A stretch of 64,000 bases of DNA from a virus. The first letter of the stretch is position 1. The number at the start of each line of letters is the position of its first letter. The translations under genes and the position numbers were made by a program. Below are positions 35,833 through 45,170 of the stretch, one piece after another. Below the pieces are notes generated by a model. That model searched no databases. It was not told the DNA's origin and saw only the letters and a list, made by a program, of their open reading frames with translations. The DNA lies in IMG/VR virus record IMGVR_UViG_3300044825_002278, positions 1 through 64,000 of that record; one strand, given 5' to 3'.

Positions 35833-38070
35833 ATGAAAGTAACAAAAGCAAACGGAGAGCAGGAAAATTTCTCCGTTGAAAAAATTCACAAAGTAGTTGA
35901 ATGGGCGACCAAAGGAATTAATGGAGTATCCTTTTCTGACGTTGAAATGAATGCCAATCTATCTATTTATGATGGCATCTCCACAAAAGAAATACATCAA
36001 GTATTGATTAAATCGGCCAACGATCTAATTTCAACGCACACTCCAAATTATCAATATGTTGCTTCTAGGCTTCTTAATATGCAGCTTAGAAAAGAGGTTT
36101 GGAATTGCGGCAAACTTCACAATCCAGTTGATTTTACATTGTTTGTCAAAAGAAACATCGACAATGGAATTTATGATCCGATATTGGAAAAGAAGTGGAA
36201 CAACGATCAAATTGAAGATTTTGGAAAGTATATCGATCATACCCGCGATGATTTATTTACTTATGCTGGTTTGCAGCAAATGATTGACAAATATCTTGTC
36301 AAGAATCGAAGCACCGGACAAATTTACGAAACGCCACAGTTTGCATACATGTGTATTGCTATGTGTTTATTTAATACTGTTGATGAAGTAAAACAAGCAT
36401 ACGATTGTTATTCTACTTTTAAAATCAATCTTCCTACTCCGATCATGGCTGGCGTAAGAACGAATATACGTCAATTTGCTAGTTGTGTTTTGGTTGATGT
36501 AGAAGATAACTTGGATAGTATTTTCTCAAGTATTCATGCCGTTGGAAAGTACACAGCGCGAAGAGCTGGTATAGGGCTTAATATAGGTCGTATGCGCCCC
36601 ATTAACTCACCCATTCGAGGAGGTGAGGTTATTCACACTGGCGTAATACCATATTTAAAGAACTTTGAATCGGTTGTCAAATCAACATCGCAAAATGGTA
36701 TTCGCGGAGGAAGTGCAACCGTTCATTGTCCTTGGTGGCATTATGAAATCGAGGATATTCTCGTTTTAAAAAACAACGCTGGAACTGATGATAATCGCGT
36801 TCGCAAATTAGATTATTCTATTCAATTTTGTAAGCTGTTTTACGACCGTTTGATCAATAATCAAGAAATAACCCTTTTTAGTCCACACGAAGCTAAGGGT
36901 CTTTACGAAGCTTTTGGAAACAATAAAAAGTTTGAAGAGCTTTATTTGAAGTATGAAAATACTCGATCAATGAAGTTTAAGAAAAAGATACCAGCGCGAA
37001 AGCTTGCTGAAGTATTTGCGCGAGAACGTCTTGAAACAGGTAGAATCTACAGCATGAATATTGATACGGCCAACGAACATGGCTCGTGGAATATTCCTTG
37101 TTATATGTCTAATTTGTGTCAAGAAATCATTCATCCGACAAAACCAATCAAGTCCATAGACGACCCAAATGGCGAAATTGGAATTTGTATTTTATCTGCA
37201 CTAAATCTTCTTGAAATTTTTGAAGAAGAAGGCGATGTTGAAAAGGCTTGTAAAATAGCAGTCAAGACGCTTGATGCTGTTATCGACTATCAAGACTATC
37301 CAGTTTTGGCAGGAGAAAACTTTACAAAAAATCGTAGGTCTTTAGGGATTGGCGTTACAAACCTAGCTGGATTTTTAGCAAAGAATAAACTAAAATACGA
37401 AGATCCGCAAACATTGGTTTTAATCCACGATATTATGGAAAAAATTCAATGGCATTTGATAAGCGCTAGTTGCGATCTAGCAAAGGAAAAGGGCGCATGT
37501 CCAAAGTTTAGCGATACAAAATATGCTCAGGGTCTTATGCCAATTGATTGGTATAAAAAGACAGTTGACGAACTGGTTGCTCCAAAGTATAATATGGACT
37601 GGGAAGAGTTGCGCGAGCGTGTTTTGACGTATGGTATGCGACATTCTACCTTGTCGGCAATTATGCCCTGTGAATCATCGAGCGTTATTCAAAACAGCAC
37701 AAATGGTATCGAGCCAGTTAGAAGTTTGCTTTTGTTTAAGAAAGCTAAAAATGGTGTTTTGAAGCAGTTAGTACCAAATTATCACATGCGAAAGAATTAT
37801 TATACTTTAGCTTGGGAAATGACTAGCAACAAGCCGATAATGAATGTTGCGGCAGTTATACAAAAATTTGTTGATATGAGCATGAGTACAAATTTGTATT
37901 ACAATTATGCTCATTATGAAGGAGGAAATATTCCACTAAGCGTATTAATCAAAGATCAAATTTACGGTTATAAGTACGGATTGAAGAATTTTTATTATGC
38001 CAACACTCCAGATGGTGATGGCGATACTGAAAAAGGCATGAATTGCGAATCTGGCGCGTGTTCAATTTAA
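35833..38070 (+). CDS. nrdA: Class Ia ribonucleotide reductase alpha subunit
   Basis: ATP cone, TPIMAG..QFASC, SNLCQEI, CILSA, KNFYY, C-terminal CESGAC. Confidence 0.97.
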   Translation: MKVTKANGEQENFSVEKIHKVVEWATKGINGVSFSDVEMNANLSIYDGISTKEIHQVLIKSANDLISTHTPNYQYVASRLLNMQLRKEVWNCGKLHNPVDFTLFVKRNIDNGIYDPILEKKWNNDQIEDFGKYIDHTRDDLFTYAGLQQMIDKYLVKNRSTGQIYETPQFAYMCIAMCLFNTVDEVKQAYDCYSTFKINLPTPIMAGVRTNIRQFASCVLVDVEDNLDSIFSSIHAVGKYTARRAGIGLNIGRMRPINSPIRGGEVIHTGVIPYLKNFESVVKSTSQNGIRGGSATVHCPWWHYEIEDILVLKNNAGTDDNRVRKLDYSIQFCKLFYDRLINNQEITLFSPHEAKGLYEAFGNNKKFEELYLKYENTRSMKFKKKIPARKLAEVFARERLETGRIYSMNIDTANEHGSWNIPCYMSNLCQEIIHPTKPIKSIDDPNGEIGICILSALNLLEIFEEEGDVEKACKIAVKTLDAVIDYQDYPVLAGENFTKNRRSLGIGVTNLAGFLAKNKLKYEDPQTLVLIHDIMEKIQWHLISASCDLAKEKGACPKFSDTKYAQGLMPIDWYKKTVDELVAPKYNMDWEELRERVLTYGMRHSTLSAIMPCESSSVIQNSTNGIEPVRSLLLFKKAKNGVLKQLVPNYHMRKNYYTLAWEMTSNKPIMNVAAVIQKFVDMSMSTNLYYNYAHYEGGNIPLSVLIKDQIYGYKYGLKNFYYANTPDGDGDTEKGMNCESGACSI

Positions 38071-38081
38071 CGAGGTAATAA

Positions 38082-39152
38082 ATGAAGACTATTTTTAACA
38101 CAAACAATGTAGACCCTATGACTCAGCCCCTTTTCCTTGGAAAGGATTTGGGTGTTCAAAGATATGATATTATCAAGTATCCTATATTCAAGGAACTCGA
38201 TAGCAAGCAAATGATGAATTTTTGGAGGCCAGAAGAAATCGAATTAAAGAAAGATCGGGCAGATTTTAAGGAAATGTCCGAGAACGAAAAGTTTATTTTT
38301 ACGTCTAATCTTAAGTATCAGACAATGCTTGATAGCGTTATCTGTCGCGGAGTACCAACTTTACTGGAATATGTAACAAATAGCGAGCTTGAGGCGTGTC
38401 TTATGACATGGCAATTTTTTGAAAAAATTCACTCTCAAAGCTATAGTTATATCATCCAAAATGTCTATGCAGATAGCAAAGAGGTATTTGACGGCATTTA
38501 TGAAGACAAGGAAATCATGAAAAGGGCCAATAGCGCCATCGAGGATTACAATAACTTGATGGGTATGGCTTGTGATACTAATAAGATTTCTGACATAAAA
38601 AAACAAATCTATATGACTATTGTGAGTATAAATATTCTGGAAGCGGTTCGTTTTTATGTTAGCTTTGTATGCAGTTTCGCCTTTGCTGAAAATAAGAAAA
38701 TGGTCGGAAATGCGGATATTATCAAGCTGATCAAACGCGACGAAGCTTTGCACCTCATGAATACTCAACAAATACTTAAAATTTTACATACAGAAGAATC
38801 TGAAGGTTTTGTCAAAACCGCTCAACAGTGCCAACAAGCTGCCTGTGAATTGTTCGACAGAGCCGCAAAAGAGGAAAAGGAATGGGCTTCTTACCTGTTT
38901 AAGAATGGCTCAATTATAGGTCTAAACGAAACTGTACTGCATCAGTATGTCGATTGGCTTGTAATGTCAAGACGCAAAGCAATAGGATTGCCTTATGAAA
39001 ATGTAGGCAAAAACCCAATTGCAGGATGGACAGAACACTGGATGAATAGTGAGGCTGTTCAAGTTGCTCCACAAGAACACGAAATTACCTCATACAAAAT
39101 TGGAGCGAGTAAAAATGATCTTGAAGACATAGATTTCGGAGGCGTATTATGA
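38082..39152 (+). CDS. nrdB: Class Ia ribonucleotide reductase beta subunit
   Basis: FWRPEE, EKIHSQSY, LEAVRFY, RDEALH, QVAPQE. Confidence 0.97.
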   Translation: MKTIFNTNNVDPMTQPLFLGKDLGVQRYDIIKYPIFKELDSKQMMNFWRPEEIELKKDRADFKEMSENEKFIFTSNLKYQTMLDSVICRGVPTLLEYVTNSELEACLMTWQFFEKIHSQSYSYIIQNVYADSKEVFDGIYEDKEIMKRANSAIEDYNNLMGMACDTNKISDIKKQIYMTIVSINILEAVRFYVSFVCSFAFAENKKMVGNADIIKLIKRDEALHLMNTQQILKILHTEESEGFVKTAQQCQQAACELFDRAAKEEKEWASYLFKNGSIIGLNETVLHQYVDWLVMSRRKAIGLPYENVGKNPIAGWTEHWMNSEAVQVAPQEHEITSYKIGASKNDLEDIDFGGVL

Positions 39153-39763
39153 GAAAAGCCCTGCAAAGAACCGCGTCTATTTTATTTCTATCTCTTGTTT
39201 TCACTTTAATTTCTTCGAGTATTTATAGTCAAACGTGTTTTGTAAGGTGTGAACCAGATAAGGAAATCGGAGGCGGAGCTTGCGGATCTGGCTTTTTTAT
39301 TTCAAAAAATGAAATCCTAACTGCTGCCCATGTAATAAATGATGCAAACAATGTTAGGGTTGAATTTGATGGAAAGTATTTTATGGCTTCTGTTGTCAAA
39401 CAAGATGTGTCAAAAGACCTAGCGCTATTGAAAATAAATGAAGAATGTGATGTATTTTACAAACTCAGCGATGATTCTGGAAAAATTGAGCAAGAAGTAA
39501 CTTGTTATGGATTTCCGAGAGGCGTTTGGAGTATGTATAAATCAGAAGGAGTTATCAAGGAAATTAATAGCGTAAATAGGGACTCTACTGACAAGTCAAG
39601 ACTTGAGTATGCTGTTTTTATGAATGTAACAAACGGAATGTCTGGCGGTCCTCTTTTAACTAAAGATAAGGTTGTCATAGGCGTTCTAAGTAGTAAAAAT
39701 GTTATTGGCGAACAAAGAGCAAATTTTATTTCGCTTGAGGAAATAAGAAAGTTTCTTGACTAA
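39149..39763 (+). CDS. Secreted trypsin-like serine protease
   Basis: Signal peptide; GSGF..LTAAHV, DLALL, GMSGGP. Confidence 0.88.
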   Translation: MRKALQRTASILFLSLVFTLISSSIYSQTCFVRCEPDKEIGGGACGSGFFISKNEILTAAHVINDANNVRVEFDGKYFMASVVKQDVSKDLALLKINEECDVFYKLSDDSGKIEQEVTCYGFPRGVWSMYKSEGVIKEINSVNRDSTDKSRLEYAVFMNVTNGMSGGPLLTKDKVVIGVLSSKNVIGEQRANFISLEEIRKFLD

Positions 39764-39775
39764 AGTTAAAACAAA

Positions 39776-39893
39776 GCGAGAGCCAAGTGGTTGGTGGTAT
39801 TTAGGATAGGACATTGTTCACAAACTCTGCTTCCTATGTAGACGGTGATCAATGCTAAATATCGTAAAGCTGGTTCGAGTCCAGCCTCTCGCC
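39776..39893 (+). ncRNA. tRNA-like RNA with extended anticodon arm (CCT loop)
   Basis: GCGAGAG/CTCTCGC acceptor; GCTGG-TTCGAGT-CCAGC T-arm; three stacked helices in place of the anticodon arm. Confidence 0.8.
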
Positions 39894-39924
39894 CTTATTA
39901 AATTTGAATACAAAGGATAAGCAA

Positions 39925-39978
39925 ATGGAAAATAGTGTTGAACTTCTTGGTTATTATTTTTTAAAAAACAACATTTAA
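39925..39978 (+). pseudogene. Displaced 5' stub of a thyX allele
   Basis: AAAGGA RBS then MENSVELLGYY, paralleling MVELISYW at the start of intact thyX. Confidence 0.65.
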
Positions 39979-39988
39979 AGTCAAAATT

Positions 39989-40089
39989 TGTGTATAATAC
40001 TATGGATAAATTCGCGGTTATCCATATGTAAACAAAATAACTTTACCCCCCTTTTGTTTGATGCCGCGAACATCTCCAATTGTGGGGGT
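39989..40089 (+). promoter_or_regulatory. TGTGTATAAT motif plus double-pseudoknot leader of the GIY-YIG gene
   Basis: Four complementary segment pairs (detailed in findings). Confidence 0.6.
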
Positions 40090-40105
40090 TTTTTATTAAA
40101 ATATT

Positions 40106-40753
40106 ATGAAATCAGGAATATATCAAATAAAAATAAACAATAGTTTTTATATTGGGTCTTCTAAAAATATTCAAAGAAGATACTGGGAACATTTATGGAA
40201 ATTAAAAAATAAAAAACATCCAAATATCCATTTACAAAATTTGTATAATAAACATGGAGAAGAAAAATTTGAATTATTTATATTGGAAAGTTGCACAATA
40301 AATTGTTTAATAGAGAGAGAGCAATACTGGATTAATTTATTAAATCCAAATATAAACAAAGCACCAGTTGCTGGTTCAACATTAGGACTAAAATTAACAA
40401 ATGAACAATGCAAAAATAGAAGCAAAAATAATATTGGAAGAAAACATTCTCTTGAATCTATCAAAAAAAGAACAGATAAAATAAAAGGTAGAAAATATAC
40501 AGAAAAACACAGAGAAAATATATCTAAAAGCAGATTAGGTAAAAAACAAAATCAACAAACAATTAAAAATAGGGCAGAAAAAAATAAAAAACCTATTGCT
40601 TGTTATGATTTAAATTATATATTAATACGAATATACGATTCCGCTAAAACAGCGGCTTTAGAAAACAATTATCATGCAACAAACATAACAAGATGTTGTA
40701 AAAATAAAATTAAAACTTATAAAAACAAGATTTGGAGGTATTGGGATGGTTGA
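40106..40753 (+). CDS. GIY-YIG homing endonuclease with NUMOD3/NUMOD1-like DNA-binding repeats
   Basis: SGIYQI..FYIGSS, EREQYWI, GRKHSLES, KPI..YD..YDSAK.AA. Confidence 0.9.
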   Translation: MKSGIYQIKINNSFYIGSSKNIQRRYWEHLWKLKNKKHPNIHLQNLYNKHGEEKFELFILESCTINCLIEREQYWINLLNPNINKAPVAGSTLGLKLTNEQCKNRSKNNIGRKHSLESIKKRTDKIKGRKYTEKHRENISKSRLGKKQNQQTIKNRAEKNKKPIACYDLNYILIRIYDSAKTAALENNYHATNITRCCKNKIKTYKNKIWRYWDG

Positions 40754-41393
40754 ACTTATTTCATATTGGGGCAATGATTTAATGATCGTTAACGCCGCTA
40801 GAGTATCTTTTGGAAAATATAAAAATAAATTAGACGAGAAAGATAAAAAATTAATTAAATTTCTTAAAGAACATAAACACGTTAGTGTATTTCGTCATCC
40901 GCAATTACAATTTAGGATCACATGCCCAATTTTTGTAGAAAGACAATTGTTTAAACATCAAGTAGGGATGTCTGCTAATAGTATATCCGGTAGATATGTT
41001 GACTTTAGCGATTCTTATTTTAGTTTTAAAGATGGGGAGTGGCGGAAACAATCAGCGAATTCTAAACAAGGAAGCTCTGGTCCGGTTTTAAATAATCTTC
41101 AACATAAATGTACAAAAATACAAAATAGCGTAGTAGATATTTGTAAAAACGCATATAATGAATTATTATCTTTAGGCGTTTCAAAAGAACAAGCAAGAAC
41201 TATACTTCCGCTATGTTTAAATACAACTTTTATTTGGACAGGTTCTTTATTATCATTTTTACATCTTTGGGAATTAAGATTAAAAGAAGATGCTCAACAG
41301 GAAACCAGAGAAATCGCTGTTAAAATGCTAGAGTTGGTCAAGGGCATCGAAGGCAATCCGTTTAAACATACGCTTGAAGCGTGGGGATATTGA
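40746..41393 (+). CDS. thyX: Flavin-dependent thymidylate synthase
   Basis: NAARVSF, H.SVF.H, RQLFKHQ..NSISGRY, EQARTILP, LR....AQ.E.R. Confidence 0.92.
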   Translation: MVELISYWGNDLMIVNAARVSFGKYKNKLDEKDKKLIKFLKEHKHVSVFRHPQLQFRITCPIFVERQLFKHQVGMSANSISGRYVDFSDSYFSFKDGEWRKQSANSKQGSSGPVLNNLQHKCTKIQNSVVDICKNAYNELLSLGVSKEQARTILPLCLNTTFIWTGSLLSFLHLWELRLKEDAQQETREIAVKMLELVKGIEGNPFKHTLEAWGY

Positions 41394-41791
41394 TGAAACT
41401 AAGAACTGGCGCACAGATAAAGAATTTTAGGCACGAGTCTGTGGATCTGTATAAAATTTCAAGAGGGTGCGATATGTGCGGGTATAACAAGCATCCATCT
41501 AGTCTTTGCTTTGATCATTTGCCAGAATATGAAAAATCTCCAGTTACTAAAAATGGTAATAACAACACTTGGATTGGTGGAGGAATGTATAATTTGTACA
41601 AAAAACTCTATACCATAGATCAACTCATAGACGAAATTAAAAAATGCAGACTTTTGTGTCATAATTGTCATATGGAAACTACATACCCAAACAATAAACG
41701 GTATAAAGACCAAACCGAGGAAAGAATATTTACTGTGCAAGAACTTGAAAAAAGATTGCGCGATTTTGAAGAAAACTTATTGGAAATATAG
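41393..41791 (+). CDS. HNH endonuclease
   Basis: CDMCGY..LCFDH..KCRLLCHNCH; same family pattern as 5394-5765. Confidence 0.75.
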   Translation: MKLRTGAQIKNFRHESVDLYKISRGCDMCGYNKHPSSLCFDHLPEYEKSPVTKNGNNNTWIGGGMYNLYKKLYTIDQLIDEIKKCRLLCHNCHMETTYPNNKRYKDQTEERIFTVQELEKRLRDFEENLLEI

Positions 41792-41804
41792 ATAGAGGTT
41801 GACA

Positions 41805-42461
41805 ATGCTAGTAATAGGTGATGTGCATGGAAAATACAATGATTATTATAATCTTGTAAAAGACGAAAAGTCTTCGTTTCAGCTAGGCGATTTTGGCTTT
41901 AATAACGCTTGGATAAATTTAGATTATTCTAGTTTAGATCCAAAAATGCATCGTGTTGGCCAAGGAAATCACGATCCTCACGATGTGCTAAATAAAGATA
42001 TTAAGTATTGGACTGGTCGTTATGGGCCGGTTAAAGTTGATGGTCATAATATATTCTGGGTTGGCGGCGCGCTCAGTATCGATATGGTTTACCGTGTTGG
42101 CGAATGGATGAGTAATCGTAGTGGACCAAAGACTTGGTGGGCAAACGAACAGCTTTCATACGCAGAAATGGAAGATTGTAAAAAGAAGTGGAAAAACAAA
42201 AAACCGCAAATTGTATTTACCCACACCGCTCCAGAATCAATTATATTGCACAATTTTAATGGCAATAAAGGAGCAAACATAATGGATGCTTACGGATGGG
42301 GTTCTGGCTACACTGACACAACAAGTCAATTCCTAGAGCATTTGTGGCGTATTCACAAGCCTGATTTGTGGATATTTGGACATTTCCACCGTTCTTGGAC
42401 TCAAATTATTGATGGAACAGAATTCCGATGTTTAGCAGAACTAGAAACTTTCAACTTATAG
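41805..42461 (+). CDS. Metallophosphoesterase
   Basis: GDVHG, LGDFG, GNHD, THTAP, FGHFH. Confidence 0.88.
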   Translation: MLVIGDVHGKYNDYYNLVKDEKSSFQLGDFGFNNAWINLDYSSLDPKMHRVGQGNHDPHDVLNKDIKYWTGRYGPVKVDGHNIFWVGGALSIDMVYRVGEWMSNRSGPKTWWANEQLSYAEMEDCKKKWKNKKPQIVFTHTAPESIILHNFNGNKGANIMDAYGWGSGYTDTTSQFLEHLWRIHKPDLWIFGHFHRSWTQIIDGTEFRCLAELETFNL

Positions 42462-42469
42462 AGGTAATT

Positions 42470-42784
42470 ATGATAAATCCATACGATATAATAAAAAGCA
42501 TTTTGTCAGAAGAGGGTTTTTCAAATGAATTATTTTCGGTAAAAATCAAAGATACAATAAATGTAAAAATAGAACAAAAAGACGATAACTTTCTAGTGTC
42601 GTTTTTAGATAATAAGCCGACAATAAAAGTAAATAAGTATATCTCGCTGTCGTTGACAGTAAAGTCAATCTTGCTCAAAAATAATGGCGGCGTTTTCCAA
42701 ATTGATTATTTCCCAGATATTCCTTTTAAATATAGTTGGATTTTTGGGGAAGATGACCAAGGAGATTCAAATGAATTACGGTGA
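42470..42784 (+). CDS. Hypothetical protein
   Basis: GAGGT RBS. Confidence 0.55.
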   Translation: MINPYDIIKSILSEEGFSNELFSVKIKDTINVKIEQKDDNFLVSFLDNKPTIKVNKYISLSLTVKSILLKNNGGVFQIDYFPDIPFKYSWIFGEDDQGDSNELR

Positions 42785-43079
42785 AGTAATACAAAAAGAG
42801 ATTAATGAAAAATACTCAAATAGTCCCCACAGAAAAAAACTAGCTGAAAAATGCTTGGAAAAGGCAAATGAATGGCTAGAAGCCAATAACCCAATTTCGA
42901 CCAATCAAGACAAAAAGAAAATCAAAAAAGAGTGCGCATCTTATATCAAAAAGAATGTTGATACTACAGAAGAAGAGCGGATTTACGGTTCTGTTTTGTT
43001 AATGATAATTATGGGCGCAGTTGTGTCGTGGCTAATACAAAGATTATTAGACGAAATTTTTGACAAGGAACAAAAATGA
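42771..43079 (+). CDS. Hypothetical protein with C-terminal hydrophobic helix
   Basis: AGGAG RBS. Confidence 0.55.
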   Translation: MNYGEVIQKEINEKYSNSPHRKKLAEKCLEKANEWLEANNPISTNQDKKKIKKECASYIKKNVDTTEEERIYGSVLLMIIMGAVVSWLIQRLLDEIFDKEQK

Positions 43080-43387
43080 ACGAATTTGAAAATTATGTTG
43101 AAAAGGTTAAGCAGTGGCATCATGATAGAAATTTGATCGACGGAAGTACCGACAAAGATCAAACCCTGAAACTTTTGCAAGAACTTGGAGAATTGTCTGA
43201 TAGTGTTTGCAAGGGAAAAGACATACGCGACGATATAGGCGATATGCTTGTAGTTATGATAAATATTATCGAACGCAATAAACTAACGCTTACCGACTGC
43301 ATATCTAGGGCTTGGGACGATATTAAGGACAGAAAAGGTCGAATGGTTGATGGTATTTTTATCAAAGAAGACTGTAATTGGCAATAA
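43076..43387 (+). CDS. MazG-like nucleotide pyrophosphohydrolase
   Basis: QTLKL.QELGEL..DDIGD..IKDRKG..DGIF. Confidence 0.85.
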   Translation: MNEFENYVEKVKQWHHDRNLIDGSTDKDQTLKLLQELGELSDSVCKGKDIRDDIGDMLVVMINIIERNKLTLTDCISRAWDDIKDRKGRMVDGIFIKEDCNWQ

Positions 43388-43438
43388 AAAATGCGTATAC
43401 TATTTTGTAGACGTAAACCAAAACATTAAGATAAATAT

Positions 43439-44398
43439 ATGCCAAGTCCATTTCCAATACCCAATGATAGAATTTTTTACGCATGTCAGGCGGTTTTAAG
43501 CAATAATATATACCTAGAGGGTGTACAAAGCGTTGGTGTAAATTGGAATTTAACAACCGAAATGTTGCTAGATGTTGGGAAACATAAACAGCAAAAACAC
43601 CGTTATGGAAAACCAACTTATACTGTAACAATTTCTAGAGTCTTGCCCAAAAGCGGAAATTTCTTTTTTAGCTCTTCGAGTCACCCGCTAGAATCCGCCG
43701 CTATCGGCACTGGTCCAAGCCCAAGAACTTGGGATATAGCTCTTCTTTATTCTGCTGATAGTCAGCAATTTGTCAATGGCACGATTTCAAAAATTACATA
43801 CAATAATTGTAGATTAACCGCCATTGGATATTCTATAACTGTTGATGGCCCAATCAAAGAAAATATCACTTTTGAATGTAGCTCTTACAGTAAAGTAAAT
43901 ACTTCAATTGATTTGACTTCTACACTTCCTCAAACTGGCTTTACATTAAAAAGAGAAGATGTTACGTTTACTACCTTGCCGCAGGAAGTTCTTGACGCTT
44001 TCAATATTGGTAACTCTTTAAATGGCAAAACTATTTATGGACTTCAGTCAATTGAAATAAATGTAGAAATAAATTATCGAGATGTGATGGATGTTGGTAC
44101 TTGGGATGATAATTTCTTGCTTGTTGAAATACCCATGAGTGTAACTAGTTCATTTACCGGAATAGTTAGATCTCATTATGACGAAACTCGTCCAAATATA
44201 AGCGATGAATATTACAACACAAATAGAACAATCAATATCGCTGCAAATGCTGGAGCAACATCGTTTAGATGGAATTTAGGTTCTGATAATTATTTAACTG
44301 GTTTCGATTTCTCTGGTGGAGATACGGAGGGTGGAAATGTAGAAGCTACTCTGAGTTATCAAAATGATAGTAGTGAATTTTACTTTACAAAATCATAA
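43439..44398 (+). CDS. Putative tail tube-like structural protein
   Basis: RIFYACQAV..GVQSVGVN start, internally duplicated beta-rich pattern; preceded by TGCGTATA. Confidence 0.45.
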   Translation: MPSPFPIPNDRIFYACQAVLSNNIYLEGVQSVGVNWNLTTEMLLDVGKHKQQKHRYGKPTYTVTISRVLPKSGNFFFSSSSHPLESAAIGTGPSPRTWDIALLYSADSQQFVNGTISKITYNNCRLTAIGYSITVDGPIKENITFECSSYSKVNTSIDLTSTLPQTGFTLKREDVTFTTLPQEVLDAFNIGNSLNGKTIYGLQSIEINVEINYRDVMDVGTWDDNFLLVEIPMSVTSSFTGIVRSHYDETRPNISDEYYNTNRTINIAANAGATSFRWNLGSDNYLTGFDFSGGDTEGGNVEATLSYQNDSSEFYFTKS

Positions 44399-44418
44399 TT
44401 CCGCAAAGGAAAAAATAA

Positions 44419-45090
44419 ATGGCGAGAAAAAAGCAAGCATCTCAGAAACAACCGATTAGACCATCTCGCAAAACTTTAAAACCAAAAACAAAAAATCAAG
44501 AAACATACATTATCGCAATGGCAGAATCAGATATAACATTTTGTTCTGGTCCTGCCGGTTCTGGAAAAACTGCCGTTGCAGTTGGATTGGCTTGTGAATA
44601 CATACTTGCCAATAAAGTGGAAAAAATAGTTATTACACGCCCAGTTGTAGAGTCGGGCAGAGGATTAGGCTTTTTGCCCGGAACCCTTACTGAGAAAGTT
44701 CAACCATATCTAATTCCTATAATTGAAGAAATGAAGTTGTACTTAGGAATGGAAACATATAACTCAATGAGAGCAACAAATACAATCGAAATTTGCCCAT
44801 TAGAATATATGCGAGGAAGAAACTTTCATGATACATTCATGATTTTAGATGAAGCGCAAAATGCAACTTTCGAGCAGATAAAAATGTTCTTAACAAGAAT
44901 AGGAATGAATTCTAAGGCTGTGGTCAATGGCGACTTAGATCAAACCGATCTCAGAGGAGATGCCTATGGCGGATTACACGAATGCATGAAATTGTTAGAC
45001 GATTTAGAAGGTGTCGCTATTTGTAAATTAGACTATTCAGATATAGTAAGAAACGGCATTATAGCCAAGGTTTTGAATAGACTAAGGTAA
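44419..45090 (+). CDS. phoH: PhoH-family ATPase
   Basis: GPAGSGKT, TRPVVE, LGFLPG, YMRGR, ILDEAQN, GDLDQTD. Confidence 0.95.
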   Translation: MARKKQASQKQPIRPSRKTLKPKTKNQETYIIAMAESDITFCSGPAGSGKTAVAVGLACEYILANKVEKIVITRPVVESGRGLGFLPGTLTEKVQPYLIPIIEEMKLYLGMETYNSMRATNTIEICPLEYMRGRNFHDTFMILDEAQNATFEQIKMFLTRIGMNSKAVVNGDLDQTDLRGDAYGGLHECMKLLDDLEGVAICKLDYSDIVRNGIIAKVLNRLR

Positions 45091-45170
45091 AAACACGCTT
45101 TTCTATGTGTCTTATGGGCTGCTTTGTATTACTATAAATACAGCAGCCTTTATTTTTGATAGGATTAAAA

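Noticed and set aside
40001-40089. HDV-like/theta ribozyme
   Set aside because: The pairing order does not fit the nested HDV topology and it does not abut a tRNA 3' end
39958-40769. Group I intron in thyX carrying the GIY-YIG ORF
   Set aside because: A U|..G| junction can be drawn in frame, but no catalytic core is recognisable, the ORF runs into thyX, and thyX has its own duplicated start
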